This document shows, piece after piece, positions 50,401 to 61,729 of a stretch of 64,000 bases of DNA. This DNA comes from Azolla caroliniana (taxonomy: Eukaryota > Plantae > Polypodiophyta): NCBI GenBank assembly GCA_043228905.1, contig JBHGNT010000007.1:14942001-15006000 (forward strand), written 5' to 3'. The notes under the pieces were generated by a model, which was not told where the DNA came from, searched no databases, and was given only the letters and a program-made list of their open reading frames with translations. How positions within the stretch are numbered: position 1 is the stretch's first letter; every line of letters starts with the position of its first letter. A program made the translations under genes and the position numbers.

Positions 50401-50768
50401 ACTCCACCCATTCCATGAAGTCCCGTTTCGAAAGCCGGAGCGCGTCGTCCAACCCGTATTTTTCTAGGATTCGGCCTTCGAACTCCTCCCAGGTACGGCT
50501 CTCCGCTCGTACCTCGAGCACCTCCGCATGGATGCTCGGCATCGCCACTCGAGGGAACCCGGCAAGACGCCTCTCTTCCGGAATGTCCCGCATCAGCATT
50601 TCTGCCCCGTAGGACGCCAAATACTTCGTAGCATCCTTTCCGCTGAACCGGCCGATCGTACCGACGACCACCTCAATGGCTCTGTCTATGGCGCCGGTGC
50701 CCTCGCGTGCGCTCAATATCCGATCCACGGCCGAAGCCATGGCCTCCGCAAGATTCGACCCCTTCATC
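44475..50768 (-). pseudogene. Gypsy gag-pol, disrupted
   Basis: ORF pieces 49094-51016, 48034-48400, 46629-47834, 45789-46619 and 44475-45623. In-frame stops (e.g. TAG at 49096-49094 and a stop at 46631-46629), frameshifts and the solo-LTR insertion. Confidence 0.9.
48407..49074. mobile_element. Solo LTR (668 bp) of a different family, nested in the Gypsy upstream of the protease
   Basis: tgttgag...cccaaca ends with perfect 5-bp TSD tctcc (48402-48406 and 49075-49079). Removal restores ARATTETPVKIGDVQELVVALVDHGSE. Internal ~55-bp tandem repeat at 48880-49000. Confidence 0.93.
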
Positions 50769-51804
50769 TTCTGCTCTTCTACCGCCTCCTTCACGTCAGG
50801 TTCACCAAGATGTCGAGGTATTCCTCGCAGATGCGTGGAATGAGGCGGGGCCTCGGGGGTCTTGTACCGAAGAGCAAGAGACAAGGGAGAAGGGAAAGGA
50901 CCCACTACGTGCGAGCGTAGATTCACAGGGACACGACCCTTCGACATGAAGACGCGAGTGGGACACCGACACAGAGAGACACGAATGTATGTATATATAT
51001 ATATTAACAAAGACAAACAACAAGAAGCATGAAATCAGTTACAACCGAACAGGCCGGCGAACAGATGCCGATGCCTGTTCGTAAACGCTCAGAAAGAAAG
51101 GAGTAGGTTGGAGGGGCTGCCGGAAGCACTCGGGCATTCCTTAGAGCAGCGCGAGCCTCCCGAAAAACCTGCACAGAAAGAAGCTACGGAGTTTGGAAGA
51201 GAGAGAAGCCTTCGGCCGACAACCCGACAGCACTTCGTCCTCCCTCCCCTCGATACTTCCCCCCTCCTCGTCTCCCTCCTTTTATAGGCAAGGAAGGAGC
51301 CGTTTCCCATTATCTTCCTACCTACCGAATCTACCTACCTAGGACCTTCTATGTACCTAATTCTCTCTTATGTACAACATAAGGAGTACGTGCATGAAGA
51401 GCCGGTTCCTACGCTCCGGTGCACCGATTCCGCTTGTGGACGGTTTTCTTCACGACACCGGGTAACTGAGATTAGGTTGGGTAATAGTGAGGTAGATTAG
51501 ACTTCCGACTAGCTGACGATAGAAAGTCGGCTCACACTCTTCTGTGCCACACTCGGCATCTAGCTTTAGATTTTGTTCGAGAGGGTAGTGACATGCTTAC
51601 ACTTTGTCATCCCAAACTTGTAGAGAAGATCGAGGATATAGTGTCGTTGAGAAAGCATGATGCCGTTAGGAGTCCGAATTACTTCTATTCCTAGAAAGTA
51701 ATGAAGCTCCTTCATGTCTATAAATAAACGAGAGTGATTATGTGCAACGAAAGTGATATGTGTGTGTGTGTGTGTGTGTGTGAAGGAGAGACATAGAGAG
51801 AGCT

Positions 51805-52210
51805 CGATGTATATAGAAAACACAAGTATATACTGTTTTAACAAGGAGCAAAATACAAGAATAACCAACGATAGTTACAAGGGAGGTGAGAGAGCACTTA
51901 TATAGTCACCTTCCCACTATTCTCTTTCTACAACCACCACTTAACTAAAGAGAGGTGGAGGCTTAATTACACTGAATATGTGTCATAGAACTATAAGATT
52001 CTATGACACACTAGTTACTATAGTATATTGCGGGTATGTTCACACACTAGGGAAGTTGAGTTTGATTCCGGAAGTTGGTTCGGTTCGGTCTTCGAAAGAC
52101 TTCGATTCAGTTGTTCGGCTGAATCGGCTTTGACTGGCCGGTTGATCGTTCTACTCCGTCGTACTCCCCCTCAAGCGCAACTGGTTGGTAACTGAGAGAT
52201 TGAGGGAGTG
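51805..52210 (-). mobile_element. LTR and 3'-internal fragment of the same Copia family as 42790-43170
   Basis: Shared motifs atgtgtcatag...tatgacacactagtta, atgttcac, ggaagttg.gttt.attc and tactccccctcaagc. Confidence 0.65.
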
Positions 52211-52263
52211 GGCATTTGTAGACCATAAAGCTCTATTTTAAACAATAAACCAATAAGGTTATA

Positions 52264-52753
52264 GGTGGGGGGGATCGAAGCAGCTCATGAGGGGATGAGG
52301 AATTTTTATTTATTTTGTTGTTAATTCCACAGGACATTGGTGGCATTCGGCGAGATGGTGGAGGTGGACTGAATGAAGCAATTTGGTTGATTTTAGGAGT
52401 GATGATGGTGAGGGGGCCGAAGCACATCATGAAGGGAGAGTGAATAAGTTGTGGGGATCGAAGCAAATGGGATCTGTTTGCAACTGCTTCTGTTGGGATG
52501 GTGAATCTTCTTACAGAGACGGAAATCTTCTTACACCTGACACATATGATTGGAAAGACGGAGGACATGGAATCTGCAGCAGATCACTGGAATCAATGCT
52601 GTGTTTTATGGCTGGTTTTTTTTTTTCCCAACAGTTTTTACAAATACTAGAATCATTTCAGATATACTGTGGAGATGAAACAATATTATGTACTATTTGT
52701 ATACTGCCTCCGGGCTTTTTATTAATACCAATGGAGCATATGTTTTATGGTAA
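52264..52753 (+). mobile_element. Severely 5'-truncated copy of the LINE at 7220-10475 (3' UTR only)
   Basis: Near-identical to 9844-10467 with internal indels. TSD aaggttata at 52255-52263 and 52754-52762. Confidence 0.88.
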
Positions 52754-53018
52754 AAGGTTATATGTGGACTTCTTTCTCTTCGGCTTCCACAATGGACCTA
52801 ACATAACAAGTAAAGCACATTAAAACCTTCAATTAAAAACTAGGAGCCCCTTTGGAGTATCATCATCAACACAAAACCTAACCTAACCTAACATAACATA
52901 ACATAACATAACATAACATAAACCTGTGCTTGTCTCTTTGTGTCTACTATATGTACATATAGAAATGGCTAGCAAATAGCAACCTCAGGGTTTTTTACAG
53001 AAACACACCCTCCCTGTG

Positions 53019-53028
53019 GAAACCCTAA
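53019..53028 (+). promoter_or_regulatory. Telobox upstream of PWP2
   Basis: gaaaccctaa 40 bp upstream of ATG 53069. Teloboxes are typical of plant ribosome-biogenesis and translation genes. Confidence 0.55.
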
Positions 53029-53068
53029 TAATAGAATTCAGACCATCGAAGAGCTCGATTGAAGCTCC

Positions 53069-56000
53069 ATGAATTTCAAGTTTCAGAATCTGTTGGGAGC
53101 TCCCTACAGAGGAGGAAACCTAGTCATATCAGGTAACTCACACCTTCTCTCCCCTGTTGGCAACAGAGTATCTACTACAGACCTAATCAAATCGGAGACC
53201 ACAACTCTTCCTTGCGAGAACATAAAGAATGTGTCGAGAATCGCTGTATCTCCCAACGGTGCCCTTCTTCTCTCAGTCGATGAAGAAGGAAAATCTCTTC
53301 TTATTAATCTTAGAAGGCAAGTTGTTCTTCACCACTTCTCTTTTAAGGGCCCTGTTTCTGCTGTTAAATTTAGTCCTGATGGTGCCTTTATAGCGGCAGC
53401 AGTTGGAAAAATCCTCCAAATTTGGCGGACCCCTGGATTTAGGCTTGAATTCGCTCCTTTTCAGCTCGTTAAGACTTTTGCTGGATGCCATGATGCCATA
53501 ACTAGCTTAGATTGGTGCCCGGATTGCCAATGGATCATCGTGGGCTCTAAAGATTTGACAGTTCGGTTGTTTTGCATACATAAAGTTGATCATTACAACC
53601 CAATTGTGTTGATGGGTCATAGAGACCTTGTATGTGGAGCCTATTTTAAGGTAAAATCCAGTAGTACTGAAGAGGATAAGGTGATTGGTGCTTATAGTAT
53701 TTCACGTGATGGTGCTCTCTTCTCTTGGATTCACAATGCCCCTGAAAATGGTGAAAATTACTCTTTAGTGAAACCTAAGAATGGTTTTGAAGTGCATTGT
53801 TCTTCAATAGATCAACATGTTGATGAGAAGGAAGATGAGCATGAACAAGCAGGTGATTTAGTACTTCCTGATTCTCCCAATAACGATTCAAACAAAGTGG
53901 ATAGAGAAAAGAAAAGAAAGCTTGACAGTACTATCGTGAACCCACATGAAAACACAAAATCTGGAATTAATGTGCATCGATTAGATAGAGGAAAGTGGGA
54001 GCTTTCAAACAAACACTTCTTCATGCAAAAATCAAAGTTAACAACTTGTGACTACCATCGAGGGCTCAACTTGGTAGTAGTTGGCTTTGCATCGGGTATA
54101 TTTGGCATTTACCAAATGCCTGATTTTACATGCATTCATCTTCTATCGATATCTCGAGAAAAGCTGACTACTTCTGTATTCAACAGCAGTGGAAATTGGC
54201 TTGCATTTGGATGTGCCAAGCTAGGACAATTGCTTGTATGGGAATGGCGTTCTGAAAGTTACATCTTAAAGCAACAAGGCCATTACTTCGATGTAAATTC
54301 TGTTGCTTATTCACCCGACTCACAACTGATTGCGACAGGTGCCAATGATAACAAACTCAAGGCAAGTTCTTTCCGATAAACAGTAAATGCCACCCACATT
54401 CTGAAAGTAATGATAATAATAGATCATAGTATATTGAGCCTTGTACTCTATATACTGTTTGGAAACATTATGGCAGATAAAATTGGATTTGGTATATTGA
54501 TACAGAACTGGCCATAAGAGCTAATATCATGGCTAAGATTTGTTATGACCAATGGAAAGAGGGAGGGATATATAGGTGTAGGGCATAGACCATGATAATA
54601 TCAAACAGTAAAATGTGAGGATGAGGCATCAAGAGAATGTTCTCAACGTCATCACATCTCCTCATCACATGATGAATGACATATTTTAGGAATTCTTTGA
54701 TCAGTTCACCAAGGTATAACAGTTAAACCTAAACGAGAAATGGTTCCTTTTTAATAATACCTTAATACATATTAATTAAACATTAAGATATAACCCGAAT
54801 TCATGATAATGTATTTATGCTAGAGGCATCACAGTCATAACCAGGTTATTGAGGCAATGTTAAGTATCTTTAGAAGCCCTCATATTTATGTAAGCTTTCA
54901 TTGAGGATGTGAAAGAAACTTGATTGGTTTGCTCGTTTATGGCCCCACACCTATTTTTGGGATCTGATGACATGAGTGGGTATGGCATAGCGTTTATCTA
55001 GATTATGGAAGATTAATTTAACGATCTCGAACCTCTGACGAAAGGCAGCAGATAGTTTGCCCATGCAATGTTATATCTAAACATTGTAAAGGTCGTTGAA
55101 GTAGGGAATGAATTGTAAATCATGATACAGCCACGTTTCATTATATTTGTTTATAATCGGTAAAAGAAAACTGGGATGTAAATACATTATTGTGTAATGT
55201 GTGACAGGTATGGAATGCGTCTTCAGGCTTTTGCTTTGTCACTTTTTCTGAACATACAAATTCAATAACAGCTGTACATTTCCTCCCTGGAAATAATGCA
55301 GTTCTGAGTGCATCATTAGATGGTACCGTCCGTGCGTGGGACTTGGTTAGATATAGGAACTTCCGCACTTTCACAACCCCTGAACCAACGCAGTTTGCAT
55401 CACTAACTACCGACAAAAGTGGTGAGGTGATTTGTGCAGGTTCTCTCGATTCCTTTCAGGTAAGTTGGGCGTGAAACATGTCGAATTCCAGCTTGCAATG
55501 ATTTAGATACATGATTAATTTAGTCTGTAATTGTTTGTTTAAATGGCAGATATATGTTTGGGCAATGAAGACTGGTCGTCTTTTGGATATTCTTAGTGGT
55601 CATGAGGGCCCTGTCCATGGTTTGGCTTTTTCACCCATACATGTAAGAATTCCTTCTCTAATACATGGATTATGTTTTCAAAAAATAGTCGGGTTCTATG
55701 GCATTCAATGCTAGACTGACCCATCAAATGAAATATGTACAGTAGAATTACCAATACAAGGGCACATCTTGGGTTAATCCTTATAAACCACCTGTATAGA
55801 AGAATCTATTTCCATTCCTCATAAACATTCTTTACAGAAGTATCTGTGCAGCTAAATGTGTGTGTGAGTGAGTGAGAGAGAGAGAGAAAGAGAGTACTGG
55901 ATGCCCAGACGGTTGCAGCTAAGTTGGTAAGGGTGTCCAATCAAGAGCAGGTCATATGTTCAACCCCTACTGTCTGTAGTGTTGTCTTGTAAAGTAGTGT

Positions 56001-58935
56001 ATATGGTGAGATGTGGTTAGTAAAAGCTTGATTTACCACTCTGGTACAGCCCTAATACGAGAAAAAACGAGAGCCTAAACGGATGTACTTGGTTAGGGGC
56101 CATATGTTCAAGCTCCACTTTCCGCAATGGCACCTAGTACTGAACTCAGTGAGCTTGTAAAATGGTGTATGGGTTAATGAGTTTTATCACTAATGGCAGA
56201 GAGTGTGACTTGCTCCTAATGCAGGAGGTGCTTGCGTCTTCTTCATGGGATAAGTCTGTACGCATATGGGATGTATTTGATGGCAAAGGCAGTTTGGAAA
56301 CATTTACGCATACACACGATGTTCTTACTGTTGCATATAGGCCTGATGGGAAACAACTTGCGTCGACAACACTTAATGGGCAAATCCATCTGTGGGACCC
56401 ACTCGAAGGAGAGCTTATGGCCACAATTGATGGAAGAAGAGACATAGCTGGAGGGAGGTTGCTTACAGATAGGAGAACTGCAGCAAATACAAGTTCAGGA
56501 AAATGCTTCACCACTATTTGTTATTCAGCTGATGGAAGCTACTTACTAGCAGGTGGAAGCAGCAAATTCATCTGCATGTATGACGTTGGGGAACAGGTGA
56601 TTGACATTTCCTTAGCATATTTAGTCCCAATATTTAAGAGAGGTACCTCCTACTTATAACTTCACGTTTTGGATGACTATGACCATTATTTATAAATTTA
56701 TATCCTCAATTGCTATTTTTGACGCGATATTAATCAAGAATGCATAGTGGCTGTTATCAAACTCTACTAATAGTTTTGTCTGTTATCTGGTGATAAAATT
56801 CTGAAAGCACTGCACTGTAGGAATTTCAGTGCTAAATGGTTTGTGGTAAGGAGGATTTATGGCAAACTAAAAGTAGCACTATTATTGCTTAATCAAAGAG
56901 ACCACATTAACTACAGAGATCTTGGCAGCATTTGGTGCATTTGCCACCATGGATAAATGCAACTCTTAAGAAGTGATGTACTCGCAAGTCCTTTTCAATT
57001 AGTGAGAAATTTTACCAATGTTTTGTTTGTGGGAATTATGCCACCATTGTAGATGATGAGAGGAACCAATGTAATTCCCTCATTAACCATCAAATAAACT
57101 CATTAATGCTTGTTCAACCATTGAATGTCATTTGAATTTGCATGAATAATAGTAATAATAAGAAATCCTCCTTCCCTCCCTTTGCTAACTGCTTCCTTTT
57201 GTGGCTGTAGCAATGATGAAATTTAGTCATGGAGGATGTGAAGTACCACATAGTATTTTTCTGAATATAAATTTATGTGACCTATATCAGATCTTGTATA
57301 TTTGTGTGCGATGTAGTAATGGTTTGGGAGATACCTATGTTTGTAGGTTTTGCTGAGGCGCTTTCAAATAACCCATAACCGTTCCCTTGATGGTGTTCTT
57401 GATTTCTTGAACTCCAAGGGCATGACTGATGCCGGACCGCTCGATCTTATTGATGATGTGGACAGTGATACAGATGAAGGCCAAAATAGGAATAACCTAG
57501 GTTTAAATCTTCCAGGTACTACTGCAAATGCTGGGAGGCCCATTGCAAGGACACGGGGTCTTCACATTTCCCCTACAGGGAGGTCTTGGGTGGCTGCTAC
57601 AACTGAAGGTGTTGTTGTGTATTCCATGGATGATAATATGATTTTTGACCCTACAGATCTTGATATGGATGTCACCCCAGAGGTAACAATATGTTTCTTG
57701 TGTTACATAGCCATTTTCTGTGTAATATGTACGATGTGTCAGTCACACCTGTGTTATGTGTATTGGTTTTCCAGACATAAGTGGGCTCTAGAGATCAAAT
57801 TTCAATGTTTAGTCCATGAATCTCAGAAATGATAAGTTATCCAGGATTGTATTTGGCTCTAGGAAATTGATGGGGTTTATGTGGGCAATGTTCAAAATAT
57901 GTCCCTAGGGATTTTAGAATTTACAGATTAGAAAGGGTCGAGGTAGTAGTAAGTACTCTTAACACTAGGACATGCATGGGGTGTACGGGTCAATGTATAG
58001 CTAGGGATCTTAGAAGCGTAAGGTGGCAAGGTGCAGGTGAAAAGTCAGTGCAAGCAACATGTCTCTTTTTGTGGGTTATGATTTTGTTCTTATGAGTGGC
58101 AACTCAGGGTCGGGTCAGGAGTTAAAACTGTCCTGACGTAAGAACTGCAGTGCAAAAATCCATACATCTAGGCATATTTAAAATAAGTGAAAGTGCTGTC
58201 TTTTAGTGATACTTCTATTGTTTCAAAAATAGTTAAGAAGTGTGATTCTTATCACTCCTTTGTTGGGTCTCCAGGCAATCCAAACGGCTTTGAAAAATCA
58301 AGAGCATGCTAGAGCACTAGTTCTTGCATTGCGGCTGAATGAATCCAAATATATAAGAGAATGCATTGAGTCAGTGCCTCCCTCTGACGTGCCAGTGGTG
58401 TCTTCACGAGTGCCTGCCTTACATTTGATGAGGCTGTTTGAAAATATTGCACAAATCCTTGAAAACTCACCACATTTGGAGTTCATGCTACGGTGGTGCC
58501 AGGTTTGCTCTTCATTCATGTACATATATTGTCCATAAATATGCACATCACTTAACAACTGATTAATTAGATATATGGTAGTAGCATTAGATATAAAGTA
58601 GTCTCATACACATGACATGACTAACTGCTTTCTGTAAAACGTACACACATCATGTAACTACCTCATCTAACTAAACTACCTTACCTATCTATCTTTGTAC
58701 TCTTTTGTTGTAGGAGCTTTGTCGTGTGCATGGCCGAACAGTTCAGTTGCGCCCAAAAGAGTTTTTGCCAACATTGCGTGCTCTTCAGAAGACTATAACA
58801 AGGCTCCATGAAGACCTTTCTGGATTCTGCAATAGTAATCATTATCTTCTTCAGTATCTATGCATGAATCCGAGCTCAAAATCCTCGCCTTTGGAATCAT
58901 TTTTTCCTTATGAAAAAGAAAGTGTGCATGTATAG
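53069..58935 (+). CDS. PWP2: Periodic tryptophan protein 2 (PWP2/UTP1; SSU processome WD40 protein with Utp12-like C-terminus), 7 exons
   Basis: Starts MNFKFQNLLGAPYRGGN; contains LGQLLVWEWRSESYILKQQGH. Exons 53069-54361, 55208-55459, 55550-55642, 56225-56596, 57347-57682, 58275-58502 and 58714-58935. Intron 1 is GC-AG, the others GT-AG. Confidence 0.96.
55908..55975 (+). mobile_element. Possible tRNA-derived SINE head in PWP2 intron 3
   Basis: A-box-like gcagctaagttggt and B-box-like tgttcaacccc with tRNA-like spacing. No TSD identified. Confidence 0.35.
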
Positions 58936-59104
58936 TGCAGTGAGGTATGAAGCATACATACATTTGGCTATTATACTTCGAGGTCGTTTTATCGCAAACT
59001 TACGTGCAGATTTGCGTTGGAATGCATATAAAATGTTATTGTGTGGAAAGATTCCATGCGATAAATGCGGGTTTGGCCAAATTGAAAGAAGTCATGAAAT
59101 TTTG

Positions 59105-59431
59105 TTCTTATTCTTGAGACTCTAGCAAGGCTTTGGTAAGATACACACCAGTTTTTAAGAGGGAAATGAAATATAAAAGAGCATTTGACCAATTCGTTGT
59201 TTTCATGTTTGATTAAATTTCACGTTCCAATGCTCATGTTTATAGTATGAATGGCATGAATGTTTCTTCTTATTCTTGAGACTCTAGCAAGGCTTTGGTA
59301 AGATACACACCAGTTTTTAAGAGGGAAATGAAATATAAAAGAGCATTTGACCAATTCGTTGTTTTCATATGTTTGATTAAATTTCACGTTCCAATGCTCA
59401 TGTTTATAGTATGAAGGCATGAATGTTTCTT
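59105..59431. repeat. Recent ~163-bp near-perfect tandem duplication in the PWP2 3' region
   Basis: ttcttattcttgagactctagcaagg...gcatgaatgtttct at 59105 and 59268; only two small indels seen. Confidence 0.92.
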
Positions 59432-60413
59432 CCAATTGTACGAAGCATCAATGTTCTTGAGGGAGTGTTCTTGATAGATTGTTAGAACAAAGAAAACAAT
59501 GGAATTGATAAAACTAAGAAAGTGAAGAAGATAATAGATATAAACAATAATCGAAAACTTGCTACACGACAGCTCTCTTTGCTACTAAGTGAGCCCAGTA
59601 AAAGCCATACAATTTTTCTTTACATTTACAGTAAAAGCATAATACTATTCAATTCTTACTATGCTTTTTCGCTTGAGGTTGTAATATTCGGTCACAAATT
59701 ACCCCTTATCTTTATGTTCTTTATAATTTATTACAAGGTATGCATTTCAAGTTTTACTATGCTTTTTTGCTTGAATTTGTCAACCTTGTGTATTTGGTAA
59801 TTTGGAAGTTGGTCTGTATGTTTTTTCCCCAAAAACTCCAATCACGCCCTCGTGAAGAACGATCATGACAAACTTCCCCGTGCTCGGTGCTTGCATGGAA
59901 ATTAGATTCTTTCTTACTTTTGGAAATAATTTGGATATAAATGAAGTACATGAATTATGACATTTTTCTTTAATTGTATGTTCATTGATGTATCTTAGTA
60001 CAATATTTTTTGGTTATAAATTGTGAGTGTAGTATTTGCTTGGCCTTGCATGAGTAAATAAACAGATTTATTCAGAAAATAAGCATTTACAATATTTGAA
60101 GTTCATCAAATTGTATTGTTTACAATAACACGTAGATGAATGATTTGTTTTTATTTAAATACATATGCATGAAGTCTTGTGCTTCATTTATTCCAAGATC
60201 ATGGTGTTTCATGTGATATTGGCACAAGCATACAAAGTTGCTTTACAGTTTTAACATCAACACAATGGAATTTTATAAGAAATGAAAATGAATCTTGATG
60301 GACCATTGTACATGGTTATGCATATGTTGTATGCCTTAATAACTATTATCATTTGATATTCTTTTTGACCTTTTGGATTTATATTATATTGGATCTTATT
60401 TCCTTCTTCTGTG

Positions 60414-60673
60414 AAGTTTGGTGCATCTTTACAAGTTATTGACATATGCAAGCAATATTTGGTTGTGAATGAATTTTAAGGTTTGTGCATCTTTACTAGT
60501 TATTGACATATGCAAGCAATATTTAGTTGTAAACGAATTTCAAGGTTTGTGCATCTTTACTAGTTATTGACATAAGCAAGCAATATTTAGTTATGAATGA
60601 ATTTTAAGGTTTGTGCATCTTTACTAGCTATTGACATATGCAAGCAATATTTAGTTGTGAATGAATTTTAAGG
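60414..60673. repeat. 64-bp tandem repeat, 4 copies
   Basis: gtgcatctttactagttattgacatatgcaagcaatatttagttgtgaatgaattttaagg at 60421, 60485, 60549 and 60613. Confidence 0.93.
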
Positions 60674-61156
60674 TAATCTTTGATATAACTATTGTTTCTC
60701 AAATCTAACGAAGATACATACCATTTAATCCTTTGCTCTTTCAGCTTCATATTTGATATTCTTTAGCACATGTCATGTCTTCATTTGCATAACTTTTCCA
60801 CTATTATCCATACAAAGAAAGATACAAATAGCATGATAAACACAATACATCAAGGCATAACAAATGAGGTTCTTTTACCTCTTGTGGCCCTTCGTCAATG
60901 TTTTTTTGTGGCACTCCATGTGCTTAAAGCATTATCGACATCAACTATCATAAATTAGCTTATCACTTTTGTTGGCAACCAACATTTTGTAGTTTTCTTT
61001 CGATGATACTTTCCTAACACCCAATAAAAATGCATATAGATTTAGAGTTGAGTAAAAGATTGGCATGCTGCATGGTCTATTGATAGTCAAAACTAAAATG
61101 GTAGAAACGTCTTCCAATATTCTAGCATATATGTCGTTAGAAGAGACAATACTTTT

Positions 61157-61729
61157 TTTTTTTTTCAAAAACATCTACTTCCATTAGTTAAGAATGTACA
61201 AAGGAATCATTTACAACTCATATCTTACAAGACATCTTGCATGTCAAAGGAAAACAATGTGTAGATGAAACAACATAAAAAAAAAAACCACTCCAAAACA
61301 CCACATCATTCTATGTGTATAGCATTACTCGAACACATATTCTCCACGTGAGCCTCATACAAAACAGAATTCAGCATAGATGTCCTCCATTCGCTCCTCA
61401 TGGCAGCACCCATCTAGATGTTAGGAACACTTGGAGGGAATAGCCACCGCGGTGGTTGATAATTCCACTTCACTTTACCATCCATTAACTGCAGCATCGA
61501 CGAACCGCTCCATTTCCGAAGGAATGGAGCTCTAGCTTCTTCACTTGCATCAGATGGCCCTTGAAGACTTTCAAACTCACCTCGCAACGTAGAAATAAGA
61601 TTAAACCAGATCATCATTAAATTCTCAGCCGGTGGGGTTCGTTTACCTGCGAGGGTCTCCTTGCACCGAGATACCCACACTTGCCAGACCGTAAGGCCGA
61701 CCACTAATACAGGAACGCTACGTGGACAT
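61157..61729 (-). mobile_element. 5'-truncated L1-like LINE (second family) with A-tail and long TSD
   Basis: ORF end VWQVWVSRC...LRGEFE...KWNYQPPRWLFPP. Poly-T on the + strand at 61153-61165. TSD aagagacaatactttt at 61141-61156 and 61730-61745. Confidence 0.9.

Larger units (their letters stand above)
43756..51457 (-). mobile_element. Full-length non-chromoviral Ty3/Gypsy LTR retrotransposon (7.7 kb including a nested solo LTR)
   Basis: 647-bp LTRs at 43756-44402 and 50811-51457 (TGTCG...CGACA, ~11 mismatches by eye). 4-bp TSD ccgg. PBS 50807-50790, PPT 44419-44403. gag CCHC CMWCDEVSHIRKDC, protease LVDHGSEINL, RT LPQG/FLDD, RNase H, integrase HHCC and GPY module. Confidence 0.96.
42790..51730 (-). 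mobile_element. Ty1/Copia relic (RT end, RNase H, PPT, 3' LTR) interrupted by the Gypsy
   Basis: RT DMKELHYFLGIEV...LSQRHY at 51566-51725; LIYLTITQPNLSYP|VDLLSQF across the Gypsy; SSTEAEYR, LYCDNMS, RTKH-like at 43314-43500. Purine tracts at 43146 and 43008; LTR ~43007-42790. Confidence 0.85.

Noticed and set aside
49094-51016. 640-aa gag ORF starting inside the LTR
   Set aside because: The first ~80 aa are open-frame LTR/PBS sequence; the real gag start is more likely at ATG 50768 or 50740.
4672-58935. Functional gene cluster (PPR, GntK, RCCR, UBP23, PRA1.H, PWP2)
   Set aside because: These are unrelated housekeeping functions; nothing indicates a shared pathway beyond UBP23-like and PWP2 both being probably nucleolar.
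60414-60673. Regular repeat array as a possible CRISPR
   Set aside because: Units are head-to-tail 64-mers with no unique spacers; no cas genes; eukaryotic context. The same applies to 8945-10050 and 16100-16380.
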